DNA from: Neoconidiobolus thromboides FSU 785
Taxonomy: Eukaryota > Fungi > Entomophthoromycota
Assembly (NCBI GenBank): GCA_025603075.1
Contig: MU626341.1
Location: forward strand, 1-64,000
Length of the DNA stretch: 64,000 nucleotides
Direction: 5' to 3'
Shown here: positions 1 to 11,523 of the stretch, one piece after another
Layout of the letters: each line of letters starts with the position of its first letter
How positions within the stretch are numbered: the stretch's first letter is position 1
Translations under genes and position numbers: made by a program
Notes under the pieces: generated by a model
The model's input: only the letters and a program-made list of their open reading frames with translations
Database searches by the model: none
What the model was told of the DNA's origin: nothing

Positions 1-10
1 TTTATTTACA

Positions 11-1333
11 ATGTCTATTCAATTCGATCATTTACCTATTGTTTTATTAGAAGATATATTCAAATTACTGGATCCAACTAAACTATTTGACTTACGCTTT
101 TTAAACAAATACTTATTTAATATTGCAAATAATACAATTAAATATAATTTATCTTATTCAATTTATTGTTATTATGGGAGTAATCAATATAGTATATACC
201 AAAAAAACTTTATTGAACAAAATGGAACAATGATGAGGCATTTACATTTATATGATGGTAACCTCAAATTATTAAATAAATGTCCTAATATAACATCGTT
301 AGAGATTGATGATCAAGGCGATGACTTTGATTATGATGAAGGTATTGATGAACATACTGGATTTAGTATTAAAACAAATCTAACAAAACTAAAAAAGTTA
401 GTTATTTATAACAACAATATCGGTTATCTAAAGCTATTTAGTAGTTATCTCAATCAAATTGAAGTAATTGAATTAATGGAAATAAATGAAGAGGATGTAT
501 TTGTAATGAGTATCACTAATATAGTTAAACATCTTATTCCTAATAAACTAAAGTCACTAACATTAGATATTAATAAATTAAGTCTTGATGGATTAGATAT
601 AATAAAAACAAAGTTTGTTAATCTAAAAGAGTTAAATTTAATAAACTGTAATTTTCATGATACCCTGATTAGCCTCAACCCTAATGTCAACTTTGCATCT
701 CATTTAAAATTAAAAATTGAAGGATGTTTTAGCAATAATTTTAATATCAAATTCCTTGGTAACCTGAGTTGTTTGAAGCAAATAGAATTGAAAGATACAT
801 CCACTTATTTGTTTGATATGTGTAGTGATACTGAAATAATTGAAAAAGACAATTTATTTATTTCGGGACGTTCAGACTTCAACATGCCAATTGATTATTA
901 TTTAATGAAACTGGCTGACTTAAAACAACTGTATGTTTATAATCTATCTACAGGTTTGTTTAATATACTTTCGTTATTACCAAATATACAACATCTTTTT
1001 ATTTATTCTTCACCAATCAGTACATGGGACCCGAATAAAAAGTTTGATTTAAATGAAACTGGTAAATATAAAATTGAGTTTATAAAACAAATTACAATTG
1101 ATTTCTTAATCCTTTACCTAGATGAATTTCTTTCGTTTTTATCATTTTTTCCAAATCTTCAAGTTATTAAAGTCCCATACTTTGCTTTGAAAATGAGAGA
1201 ATCGACTGTTGTCTACAATCCACCTACTTCTTTACTTCTTATTGCCTCTATCCCGTATAATTGTGATCCAGAACTCTATCAAGCATTAGACCAGATTTTT
1301 AAAATGAATTGGATAAAGTATGGGGTTGTCTGA
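11..1333 (+). CDS. F-box/leucine-rich-repeat (RNI-like) protein, paralog 1
   Basis: Intronless 440-aa ORF; N-terminal F-box-like FDHLPIVLLEDIFKLL, then LxxLxL repeats; close paralog at 4763-6082. Confidence 0.8.
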   Translation: MSIQFDHLPIVLLEDIFKLLDPTKLFDLRFLNKYLFNIANNTIKYNLSYSIYCYYGSNQYSIYQKNFIEQNGTMMRHLHLYDGNLKLLNKCPNITSLEIDDQGDDFDYDEGIDEHTGFSIKTNLTKLKKLVIYNNNIGYLKLFSSYLNQIEVIELMEINEEDVFVMSITNIVKHLIPNKLKSLTLDINKLSLDGLDIIKTKFVNLKELNLINCNFHDTLISLNPNVNFASHLKLKIEGCFSNNFNIKFLGNLSCLKQIELKDTSTYLFDMCSDTEIIEKDNLFISGRSDFNMPIDYYLMKLADLKQLYVYNLSTGLFNILSLLPNIQHLFIYSSPISTWDPNKKFDLNETGKYKIEFIKQITIDFLILYLDEFLSFLSFFPNLQVIKVPYFALKMRESTVVYNPPTSLLLIASIPYNCDPELYQALDQIFKMNWIKYGVV

Positions 1334-2169
1334 ATTAGTTTCATTATTTTATCCAATTTTTGAAAAATTCTGTATTTTAAAAACTTCGCTTAAAATTCTA
1401 TAAAATCATATCTTTTATTAAAACAAAAGTACCCGAACATAGTTCTAAATCATTCTATTGTAGCTCATAATGTAAGTTAGTTGAATTTCTACTAGATCTT
1501 AAATACATGTTCTTATAAAATTTAATTGAGAAATATTTATTATCAACTGCTTTATAACCAACATTGTAGATTTATTATCAAACAAATAAACTACTTTAAT
1601 GTTATAATTACATTATTAATATATTGCCAAGTTAATAAATAGCTGCATGGGAGGGAGTGGTTAGCCCCAAAACTATAATCAACCATCCCTAGATAGTACA
1701 AGTAATAATAGTCTTTACATATTATTACAGTTACTTGTTCTTTGACTATTTATTAACTTAGATATTAATAACTTAAGTAATCTTAACATTTAGCAACCTA
1801 TTTCTATCATTCAGCAAACTACTTACTTGCTTAGTAAATATCGAAATTTTTAAATTCTCTGTTATCTTCGTAAGGTAAACTGGGATCCATCTTTTGATTT
1901 TTCTGTTTTCTAGACTCTATAACTCTAATTGGAACTATATCGCTTTTTTTTTGATGTATCAGATACTGGATAACAATGTAGTTTATTGTTATGTTTAATA
2001 AAGTGTAAATACTTCTTAATGCCTTGTATCTCTATTATTCTTTTTGTATTTTTATTTCTTTTATACTTTTTAAAAATTATATCTGTTTTCCCATTATTAT
2101 TAGTCGAGTTATTAATTTTATTATGCTCACAAATAAAAGCTTCAAGCCTTGAAATTAATTGATTGATAT

Positions 2170-2268
2170 GGTGATGTTTTTTTTAGCTTCATTATTTTTT
2201 CCATCTTTTAAGCGCTATTTGAGCGGAAAGATTGCTAATAAAATTCTTAAACACAAAAATACATCCCC
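2170..2268 (-). mobile_element. MITE copy inside transposase
   Basis: GGTGATG...CATCCCC ends, ATAT on both flanks. Confidence 0.9.
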
Positions 2269-2422
2269 ATATCTTCTATTTTACCTAACGCTTTAAAACT
2301 ACTTTCCCATTCTGAAAGGTTTCCAAAATGTCCATCAACTATATTTTTTCCATGATGCTCAGCAAAAAAATTAAGATTAACGTTCAAACTGCTGTTTATT
2401 TTATGAATTCCTTTAAACATAT

Positions 2423-2521
2423 GGGGATGTATTTTTGTATTTAAGAATTTTACTAATAATTTTTCCACTCAAATAGCGCTTAAAAGATGGAAAAAGTAAT
2501 GAAGTTAAAAAAAACACTCCC
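2423..2521 (+). mobile_element. MITE copy inside transposase
   Basis: GGGGATG...CACTCCC ends, ATAT duplication; removal restores the reading frame. Confidence 0.92.
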
Positions 2522-2884
2522 ATATAGTGTAGAAACTCTTAGGATCTAAAATGATTTCCTGTATCTGCCCATATATTAACTTTTGTAAACTTTTTAAATA
2601 AAAGCTCTGTAGAGATCAAATTGATTAAACAATCTCTTGCATATGCTGAATCATGATTCAATATTTCAGATAAATAATCAAAGTAAACTTTGCCTATTGT
2701 TTTATCATCTTTTAAATATAAAACACCAAAATACAATACTGATATAGCTTGTTTATTATAATGATCTAAATTTATTGAATCTGGTCTTGTCCCTATTTCC
2801 ATATTTTGTTTAAAATCTAAAATTATCATACAACTTTTATTATTTAATTTTTTAACATTTTCATTAAATGTGTTTTTTTGAGTA

Positions 2885-3348
2885 TGTGAAATATCACTTT
2901 GTCAGTCCCATGGTTAATTATAGCATAACAATCGCCTAAGCTGTTGTGTTCTCGAGTTTAGAGAAAATCAATCCCACATTCTTAGTTTGATTTGCTATGA
3001 GAATTTCTAGCTTCACCCCAAATAATATCATCCTCTCGTTTTGATGTTTATACTTATCGGAGTATAAAAGAGATTCTAAAACATAATAGCTCGAGGCTTT
3101 TTAACTGAATTACTCCCTGATATCTCATACATTCAATAAAACCACTAAGTTTACTTAATAGTATTTTACGTAGATTTTACATTATTATCGTCTAGTCTAT
3201 TTGTCTTGTATAGTCTGTAGCCTATTATGTACCATTCTTCATAATTCAAGCCTATCTTAGTCACATAAATTAAGACTTTTTGACTTATGGTGCAGTCAAC
3301 CAGGCAACAACTGTTTTTGACTCCAATCACTGAGTGCCAGATTTCACA
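2885..3348 (+). mobile_element. Solo LTR, family 1 copy A
   Basis: TGTGAAAT...ATTTCACA ends, internal TATAAAA and AATAAA, colinear with 31898-32365; flanks AGTA/AGTG. Confidence 0.85.
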
Positions 3349-3619
3349 AGTGTCAACACAGAATTTACATAATTTGTATAATTTTTCTTCTTCATTGAAA
3401 ATTTCTTGTATCTCTGCTTTGTTTTTTGTTGTATTTATTTTATTTTCAAATAACTTTTTTCTAACTATATACTGGTTACATGTATTACATAGATCTGTTT
3501 TTCTTGCTGCATTTTCGAAATTACTTCGTGTATATTTAATGTTGACCTAGCTACTACTTTATCTTTTAGATCATTCAAATATTTACTATATACCATTCTT
3601 CTACTTTTATTTAATATAT

Positions 3620-3718
3620 GGGAGTGTTTTTTTTAACTTCATTATTTTTTCCATTTTTTAAGTGCTATTTGAGCGGAAATTTTCTTAGTAAAATTCTTAA
3701 ATACAAAAATACATCCCC
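3620..3718 (-). mobile_element. MITE copy
   Basis: GGGAGTG...CATCCCC ends, ATAT duplication. Confidence 0.9.
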
Positions 3719-3954
3719 ATATATATTATCTGACGAATATTTAGTATCATTATTTTTTTAATTAAATCTTAATGAAATAGTTGAATTATTTAGTGAATGT
3801 TATACAATAGTTTCAATTTGCTCATCTAGTTTTTTTTATATTTTTAATAATAGGTTTTAATGTTGATATTTTATTATTATTAGTTGTTCTTGAATAATCA
3901 TATTGATTTCTGTTTATGTTAAACCTAAAACTTTCAGATTCATCAAAAGAATAT

Positions 3955-4052
3955 GGAGATGTTTTTTTTTATTTAAGAATTTTACTAACAATCTTTCCAC
4001 TTAAATAGCACTTAAAAAATGGAAAAGTAATGAAATCAAAAAAAACGTCCCC
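3955..4052 (+). mobile_element. MITE copy
   Basis: GGAGATG...CGTCCCC ends, ATAT duplication. Confidence 0.9.
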
Positions 4053-4762
4053 ATATACTGAAGCTATATTTGATAATAACACTACTTGTTGATTTTTATT
4101 TGCTGTTTCTCTCAAAGTACTAGTTTTATACATTACTTGATTGAGTTTATTATTATCAATAGTAAACTTTGATAATAGATCTTTTCTTTGTTTTGTTTTA
4201 TTATAAAATTCCATTTCGAAGTTTAGTAATGAAAGTTTAGTTTCCATTTTATTCCTATTTTGACAAAAAATAAAGTCAAATAACCCTATTCATATAATTA
4301 TACAGTTATGTATTATATATTTGTTAAATATTTAACAGAAATAACATAAAATGTATAGTTAGAGAAATCAGCTATTTAAAAAAAGGAGACAATTAAAATG
4401 TTTTTAAAGTCAAATAGAGAGATTTAATTTTAACCTTTTCAGATTTAACCATCACATTAAGAACTTACAAATTTAAATGGTTAAAATTTGGATTAATTTG
4501 CAAATTCTGAAATCAGTTCCGGACAACCTTGTATTATGTTATTAAAGAGGATACTTTGGTACATTTGCTTGATTAAATAAAACTATTGGAAAAGAGTAAG
4601 ATAGAAGCTTTTTAGATGTTATGTTGATATTTAAAGTATTTATTTTAATTGATAGTGTTAAATTTAAACATTAAAATCCCTTCATTTAAAAACTATTATT
4701 AATATTAAAGAATTCATTATTTCACTATTATAACTACAATAATACCAAGTAAAACAATTCAA

Positions 4763-6082
4763 TTAGACTCCATACTTTATCCAATTTATTTTAAAAATTT
4801 GGTCTAATGCTTGATAGAGTTCTGGATCACAATTATATGGGATAGGGGCAATAAGAAGTAAAGAAGTAGGTGGATTGTAGACAACAGTCGATTCTCTCAT
4901 TCTCAAAGCAAAGTATGGGACTTTAATAACTTGAAGATTTGGAAAAAATGATAAAAACGAAAGAAATTCATCTAGGTAAAGGATTAAGAAATCAACTGTA
5001 ATTTGTTTTATAAACTCAAATTTATATTTATCAGTTTCACTTAAATCAGACTTTTGAAATAAACTATCATTATCAATTGATAAACGGCCAATAAAAAGAT
5101 GTTGTATATTTGGTAATAATGAAAGTATGTTAAAAAAGCCTGTAGATAGAGTATAAATATAAAATTGTTTTGAGTAGGCTAATTTTGTTAGATAATGATC
5201 AATTGGCATGTTGAAATCTGAACGTCCCGAAACAAATAAATTGTCTTTTTCGATTAGCTTAGTATCGCTACATATATCAAATAAATAAGTGGATGTATCT
5301 CTCAATTCTATTTGTCTTAAACAATTCAAATTACCAAGGAGCTTAATATTAAAATCATCATGAAAGTATCCTTCAATGTTTAATTTTAAATGAGATGCAA
5401 AATTGACATTAGAGTTAAGGTTAATTGATCTACTAGTAAAATCACAGTTTATTAAATTTAACTCTTTTAGATTAACAAACTTTGTTTTTATTATATCTAA
5501 TCCATCAAGATTTAATTCCTCAATATCTAATGTTAATGACTTTAGTTTATTAGGAATAAGATGTTTAACTATATTATTGATACTTATTACAAATACATGC
5601 TCTTCATTTATTTCCCTTAATTCAATTGTTTCAATTTGATTGAGATAACTACTAAATAACTTTAAATAACCAATAATATTGTTGTTATAAATGACTAACT
5701 TTTTTAGTTTTGTTAGATTTTTTTTAATACTAAATCCAATATGTTGATCAATACCTTCATCATAACCAAAGTCATCGCCTTGACCAATAATTTGTAACGA
5801 TGTTATATTAGGACAACTATTTAATAATTCAAGGTTGTTGTTACTTAAATATATATGCTTCATCATTGTTCCATTTTGTTCAATAAAGTTTTGTTGGTAT
5901 ATTCTATACTGATCACTCCCATAATAACAAACTGAATAAGATAAATTATATTTAATTGTATTATTTGCAATATTAAATAAGTATTTGTTTAAAAAGCGTA
6001 AGTCAAATAGTTCAGTTGGTCCTAATAATTTGAATATATCTTCTAATAAAACAATAGGTAAATGATCGAATTGAATAGACAT
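4763..6082 (-). CDS. F-box/leucine-rich-repeat protein, paralog 2
   Basis: 439-aa intronless ORF, colinear with 11-1333 and convergent with it. Confidence 0.8.
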   Translation of the reverse strand: MSIQFDHLPIVLLEDIFKLLGPTELFDLRFLNKYLFNIANNTIKYNLSYSVCYYGSDQYRIYQQNFIEQNGTMMKHIYLSNNNLELLNSCPNITSLQIIGQGDDFGYDEGIDQHIGFSIKKNLTKLKKLVIYNNNIIGYLKLFSSYLNQIETIELREINEEHVFVISINNIVKHLIPNKLKSLTLDIEELNLDGLDIIKTKFVNLKELNLINCDFTSRSINLNSNVNFASHLKLNIEGYFHDDFNIKLLGNLNCLRQIELRDTSTYLFDICSDTKLIEKDNLFVSGRSDFNMPIDHYLTKLAYSKQFYIYTLSTGFFNILSLLPNIQHLFIGRLSIDNDSLFQKSDLSETDKYKFEFIKQITVDFLILYLDEFLSFLSFFPNLQVIKVPYFALRMRESTVVYNPPTSLLLIAPIPYNCDPELYQALDQIFKINWIKYGV

Positions 6083-6831
6083 TGTAAATAAAATCTATAA
6101 AACAACTTATTTTTTTATTTTATATATTTTTGAAGTTGATTTATTTGGTAAATTATGTAACTTTGGACCTTAATTGGTTACTTTTTATTTAATCCAATTA
6201 AAATTAGTAATGTGTGTAAAAATGTTCTTATATATTTTACTTTTATTCTGTATATAGTAAATTAATTTTATATGTTGATTTATTTAGTAAATACAAGAAT
6301 AATATTATATTATTATTTGATATTTTATTCGAGTTCTAAATTTACTCCACTTTATAAGGACCACATGTTTTTTATATTTTATTATCATTTTATTATTTTA
6401 TAAATGTTTATTTTAAGCCAGTAAGTCAATGTTGTAAAATCGATCAAATATAAAGATATGGGTGAATATTGTTTTATTGCTTCAAGCTTATGAATGTTAA
6501 GATCTATTTCGATATTAATTATCTATCAAACTCTTTAATATTTTATTTGATATTTTTATTATTACTTGAATTATCAATCAAAGTTATATTATTTAACATT
6601 TAAAACTCAAAGTAATAAACATAATAAAGATACTTACTATTGAGATCATTTGGTTATATTTTACTATCGCTTTATTTGTTTATTCAAATTAGTATATTAA
6701 AAACAATGATAGGTTGCATTTGTTCTTTAAGAATTAAAAGTTAAAGTTTGAGCCTTATAAAATATTAATGAATATAAATAGAATATTACAAAAGTTACAA
6801 AATATTTGTTTTTTAATTAAAGAAATATAAA

Positions 6832-7650
6832 ATGATTGAACTTTACGATTTGGTAAACAAGAAAGATGGCAATCATTTTAGTCCATTTTCATGGCGTAGT
6901 ATAATGGCTTTAAAACACAAAGTAAATCGATTTGTTGTATGTTGTTAATGATTTTAATATTGACTTGAATTATTATAGGGGATCGAATTCACTCAACATG
7001 GCCTTACATTTACTGAAATTAATGAACAAATACCAAAACTAAGGTAAGTAAATAGTTAGTTTTTAATATTTATTAACTTACATTACATTAATTAATATTA
7101 TAAAAGTAATGGAGAGTGGGATAAAGTACCATTTATAAAATTTGATAATAATAATATTGTTTATGATTCCACTAAGATAGCTGATTATCTTGAAGAAAGA
7201 TACCCTGGAAACCCATTATTCCCAAATGGTCGTTATTTTTCCAGTTTTTTGGAGAATCATGCTAACATCTTTGCACCTTTATTTCAATCTATTATATTAA
7301 ATGTTTATGATTCTTTATTACCAAAAGATCAAGAATATTTTCGTAAAACTAGAGAAGCTTGGTTTGGAATGACATTGGAGGAGTTTGCTGGTAAAAAAGA
7401 AGGTCACAAAGAAGCAATAGAAAAGCTATTCTTACCTTTTCGTATGAGTTTAGTTAATATTAAATATTTAGAAGGAGACAAACCAAGTTATTCTGACTAT
7501 GTTCTGTTTGGTCACCTCAAATTTGTTCAAATGACTTCCATTTCTACCTTCGATATGATTGTTACTAATCATCAAGATCAATCTTTAAAAGACTGGTGGG
7601 ATTCTATTCAAAGTCTTAATGATGGCTTTGCTGCTTCTTTTAAACCTTAG
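6832..7650 (+). CDS. Glutathione S-transferase, LigE beta-etherase/GSTFuA-like; 3 exons
   Basis: Spliced reading MIELYDL...SPFSWRSIMALKHK|GIEF...KVPFI...VYDSTKIADYLEERYP...EYFRKTREAWFGMTLEE; two GT-AG introns near 6922-6978 and 7044-7106. Confidence 0.8.
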
Positions 7651-7811
7651 TTTGATAATATTAAGATAAACTGAAAATAAAAATATACTTAATATATTAT
7701 CATGTATAACTATATATAATTTATTATAATTTGAGATAAGACGGAGGACCTTTTTGAGGTGATGATAATGTATTTCAAGTAATTTAGTATTTATTTGCCT
7801 AGACACAATGT

Positions 7812-7908
7812 GGAAATGTGTTTTTTTGTTTAAGAATTTTACTAACAATCTTTCTGCTCAAATAGCGCTTAAAAAATGGAAAAGTAATGAAATAAAAAAA
7901 ACATCCCC
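7812..7908 (+). mobile_element. MITE copy (first of inverted pair)
   Basis: Matches consensus, ends CATCCCC; flanks ATGT/ATAT. Confidence 0.88.
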
Positions 7909-7925
7909 ATATAGTTATAATATTT

Positions 7926-8022
7926 GAGGATGTTTTTTTGGCTTCATCACTTTTTCCCTTTTAGGCACCATTTGAGTGAGAAAAATCATTAGTAAAATTC
8001 TCAAACACAAAAATACATTCTT
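7926..8022 (-). mobile_element. MITE copy (second of inverted pair)
   Basis: GAGGATG...CATTCTT ends, ATTT on both flanks. Confidence 0.85.
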
Positions 8023-8562
8023 ATTTCTATTAAATGTTAAACAAGTAAAAAGTAATAAAAATTGTTATACATATCATTTTTTATGTTGTATTTTAAAATT
8101 TAGGCTATGGCTTAAATTATTCATTACTATTTTATACTTCAGAAGATTCGATAAGCTGTTTAATGGAAAAACTTTATAGCTACTGTATCATACCTTAATC
8201 AAAGCATTTACACATCTGTCCAAGTGGGCTACATTTTGTTTAAAATTGAGTCACAGTTTCTACAACTCTATTGTGACTTAAATAATCATTCATTAAAAAA
8301 TAAAATTTAATAAAATCAGAATAAGTTATAAATACTTGGACATTAAAAAACTAAAAAAATAAACATTTGACTCTAGAAATTACTGCAAGTCATAATATAG
8401 TTGCAGGAGTATTTAAGATAAAATTACATATTTCAAAAGTAACAATTAAATTCATTTAAGATTGTTATAAAAAAATCAATATTAATGGATGATCTAACAG
8501 TAAAGAAAGATATATAAATATAAAATAGAAATCAATCGAAATTAGCTTCAAAATTATAAAAA

Positions 8563-8826
8563 ATGAGAAATTTCAATCTACTCTGTCTAATACTATTCTT
8601 TTTTATATTTATACTCAGTAACAGTAGTGAAAAGTTAATATCTAGTGGAAAAATAAGCAAAGGTAGTAGACATTTACTATCTTTATTTGGTTTTGGTTTT
8701 GGATCTCAAGCTATTGCAGGTGCTTTTGTTTTTATTATTAGTAAAGCTATAGAGACAATTACTCGAAAGATATTCAAAACAGTTACTACTCCACTTTTAA
8801 AAGCTAAAAAGAAACTAATCAAATAG
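8563..8826 (+). CDS. Small secreted cationic amphipathic peptide precursor A1
   Basis: 87 aa; signal peptide; Lys-rich Cys-free mature part; ungapped paralog at 9145; TATATAAA at 8511. Confidence 0.8.
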   Translation: MRNFNLLCLILFFFIFILSNSSEKLISSGKISKGSRHLLSLFGFGFGSQAIAGAFVFIISKAIETITRKIFKTVTTPLLKAKKKLIK

Positions 8827-9144
8827 AGTCTTATCACTCAATAAACTATTTATCTTTTTGTGAATAGAATTTATGTTATCATGTTGACTTTTAAGCTATT
8901 CCAAAAACTTCCTTGAAGAAATTTATAGAGATTTTATATAGCATTTTTAATGTAATATAAACAGTTGTATTTAAGGTAATTTATATTTATAAAGCATTTT
9001 TTTAATATTTTGAAAGGTATAAATTAATTTAAAAAGACAATTTGGGAAAATTAATAAAAATCAATATTAAACTTTGGATGATCAGAAAATAAAAAAAGTA
9101 TATAAAAAAGATAATCAATAAATACAGGCTTAATATTACAAAAA

Positions 9145-9408
9145 ATGAGGAATTTTAATTTGATATATTTGACAGTAGTCCTTTTAATTCTTATACTTAG
9201 TAGTTATGGTAAAGAGCTGATTGATAGTAGAAAAGTAAGTAAGGGTAGTGGAAAAGTATTATCATTTTTAGGCGTTGATTTTAAATATCAAGTTGCTGCA
9301 AGTGTTGCTGTATTTGTAGCTAGTAAAGTTGCACAAGGAGTGGTTATAAAATCTGCTAAAAAAATTACATCCCCGCTTTTAAAAGCTAAAAGTAAATTAA
9401 TTAACTAA
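9145..9408 (+). CDS. Small secreted cationic amphipathic peptide precursor A2
   Basis: 87 aa; 41/87 identical to A1 by hand alignment; duplicated promoter. Confidence 0.8.
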   Translation: MRNFNLIYLTVVLLILILSSYGKELIDSRKVSKGSGKVLSFLGVDFKYQVAASVAVFVASKVAQGVVIKSAKKITSPLLKAKSKLIN

Positions 9409-9924
9409 GTTAAATCGATTTGTCAATTTCTTTTATTTTATCATTATTAATTTTTAAAATAAACTGGTTTACTATTAAGTGCTGTTAATTTCTTTTATAT
9501 TTTATGTAACTTTGTTGATTATTTGGTTCCCATCATCATACAGATTAGAATAGTAGATCTAGAGAGTTTATAGAAGATATAGGCTAATTTTATTATAAAC
9601 TGTTGAAAGTATTGCTCAAATAGATGTCGCGTTATTATTAAAATAAAGAGAGTACCCAAATTAAGAGATATAGTATCAAAAACCTCAAGATCCTTTAAAT
9701 CTGTTTGAAACGTTAACTTTAACTCATACTTTTTTATAATTTGATGTTAATTTATACAAAAAATAGAAATGATAGGAGCAGTAATTTAGGAAATCGTAAA
9801 TGTATTTTTTGAGGTGCTTCTTTAGTTTGGGAACTCAAAACAATAGAATACTTTTTTTTTGAAAATTTTAATTTTTACAAGCATTAGTTGTTGGAATGGT
9901 AACAAAAAATTTAATTAAATATAT

Positions 9925-10023
9925 GGGTATATTTTTTTTTGGTTTCTTTGCTTTTTCTATTCTTTAAACACTATTTGAGTGGAAAATTATTAGCAAAATT
10001 CTCAAACACAAAAATATATCCCC
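9925..10023 (-). mobile_element. MITE copy
   Basis: Matches consensus; flanks ATAT/ATGT. Confidence 0.85.
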
Positions 10024-10467
10024 ATGTTTTTTGTTAAAAATTCACAACTTAACTTCGTACTACTCAAAAAGTGGACAAAATATTAAGGAAAAAAGGTAGT
10101 TTCATATGCTAAATCATTACTATTCTAATACAACCGTTAAAGTACAAATGGGCAATGACTAGTGGTAGCTTTTGTAACCAATAGTTTGTATTATTGTGCT
10201 TATTTACATCCAAATATTGGAATTTTGTTTTGAAATGAGAAGTAATTTATTATGATTAATACTTTACCAGCAATACTACCGATTAAAATCAAACTCTAAA
10301 AAGGTAGATCGTTTGATCAATGAGGCAGAATTGAAAGTAGTGAGAAGATCAATAATAAACAAAATAAAAAATATATAAGATTTTACATTTGATAAATTAA
10401 AGAAAAGATACATTTTCAAAAACAGATTCAACAAAAGTAAAAGTTATTTATAAACCAATATAAACAA

Positions 10468-10791
10468 ATGAAAGTGATAACTATAATTTTAATAATGGTT
10501 TGTTTGGTCCTATTTTACAATTGTAACCGTGTTTCTAAACTGCAATTAATAAGAAGGAGTATCAATCAAAACCCAAAGCCTTTGATTAGAAAGTTAATTA
10601 GAAGGAATCATAAGTCCATTAATTTCATCAAAAACAATTTAGTTGACTTGAATACAAATGGCGTGTTTAGCAGAAATAAAGACAATGAAGACAAAAAGGA
10701 CAAAAAAGAAAAAAAACCACTATTTGCTTGCTCATTCAACCTACCTTTCCTAAAAAAATCATCATCAAGTTTTGAGGATGACTTAATATAA
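10468..10791 (+). CDS. Small secreted basic protein E with repeated LIRR/LIRK dibasic sites
   Basis: Signal peptide MKVITIILIMVCLVLFYNC; LIRR|S and LIRR|N; TATATAA at 10372. Confidence 0.7.
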   Translation: MKVITIILIMVCLVLFYNCNRVSKLQLIRRSINQNPKPLIRKLIRRNHKSINFIKNNLVDLNTNGVFSRNKDNEDKKDKKEKKPLFACSFNLPFLKKSSSSFEDDLI

Positions 10792-11067
10792 ATAAAGTAC
10801 AATAAATATAGTAATTCATTTTGAATTTTAAAAAATAGAATAAATTGTACTTCATTGTTACTCTTTTAATTAAAATAAGATTTCTCTTATAACTCGAAGC
10901 TTTATAAATTATAAAAACATGTAACTGTAGTTTCTTTATTATAGTGCTATCTATTAATTTATGATAATTTCAAGCTATATAAGAAAAATCAAATCTAAAT
11001 CACATCAGTGGTAACTTGAATAAGTGGCTGATAAAAGGTTTATAGTTTATTTATTACTGTTTTAAGT

Positions 11068-11523
11068 TTAGAGTTTATCATCCTCGTAGTCCACGGGCTT
11101 ACTCATATCGACAGGCACACTTCCAGTTTGCGGTTCTTTTGGTTTAGGGACCTCACCATTTGTGATAGTTTTTACTGTTTTACCGAGTGCTTTACCAACA
11201 GCCAACCCTGCAACTCCTCCAGCAATTTCTCCTTTATTAATATCATCAGCATCTTTATTTCTAGTAGCATCTGTAACTCCTTTTCCAATTGCTCCAATCC
11301 CTACCCCAAGTCCACCGGCGACATTATTAAGTGGATTATAAATACCCTTTTCCTCTTTTTTGGTAACAGTGGAGCCAAAAGAAGTGCCTAGTGAGCTTAT
11401 AGTTGAACCAAGGGTACCACCAAGGAAGTTAAATGCGTTACCTTCTCCAGGATAAGCAGGAAGAGCAAGTAAACTATTATTAGATATCAATGCTAAGCAG
11501 ATTAAACTATTTGTTAATTTCAT
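11068..11523 (-). CDS. Secreted glycine-rich amphipathic (glycine-zipper) protein B1
   Basis: Signal peptide, three Gly/Ala-rich helices, ends DYEDDKL; paralog at 12411. Confidence 0.8.
   Translation of the reverse strand: MKLTNSLICLALISNNSLLALPAYPGEGNAFNFLGGTLGSTISSLGTSFGSTVTKKEEKGIYNPLNNVAGGLGVGIGAIGKGVTDATRNKDADDINKGEIAGGVAGLAVGKALGKTVKTITNGEVPKPKEPQTGSVPVDMSKPVDYEDDKL

Larger units (their letters stand above)
1862..4247 (-). pseudogene. Disrupted DDE/D DNA transposase (Sola-like), interrupted by four MITEs and one solo LTR
   Basis: Removing insertions joins KTDLCNTC...VDT|QKNTF...ILDFKQN...WADTGNHFRS*EFLHY|MFK...FFAEHHGKNIVDGHFG...KIED|INQL. In-frame stops and homopolymer frameshifts remain. 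Confidence 0.75.

Noticed and set aside
3287-8179. ORFs 3287-3550, 7585-7848 and 7976-8179
   Set aside because: They start inside the LTR or MITE sequence and have no independent coding signal.
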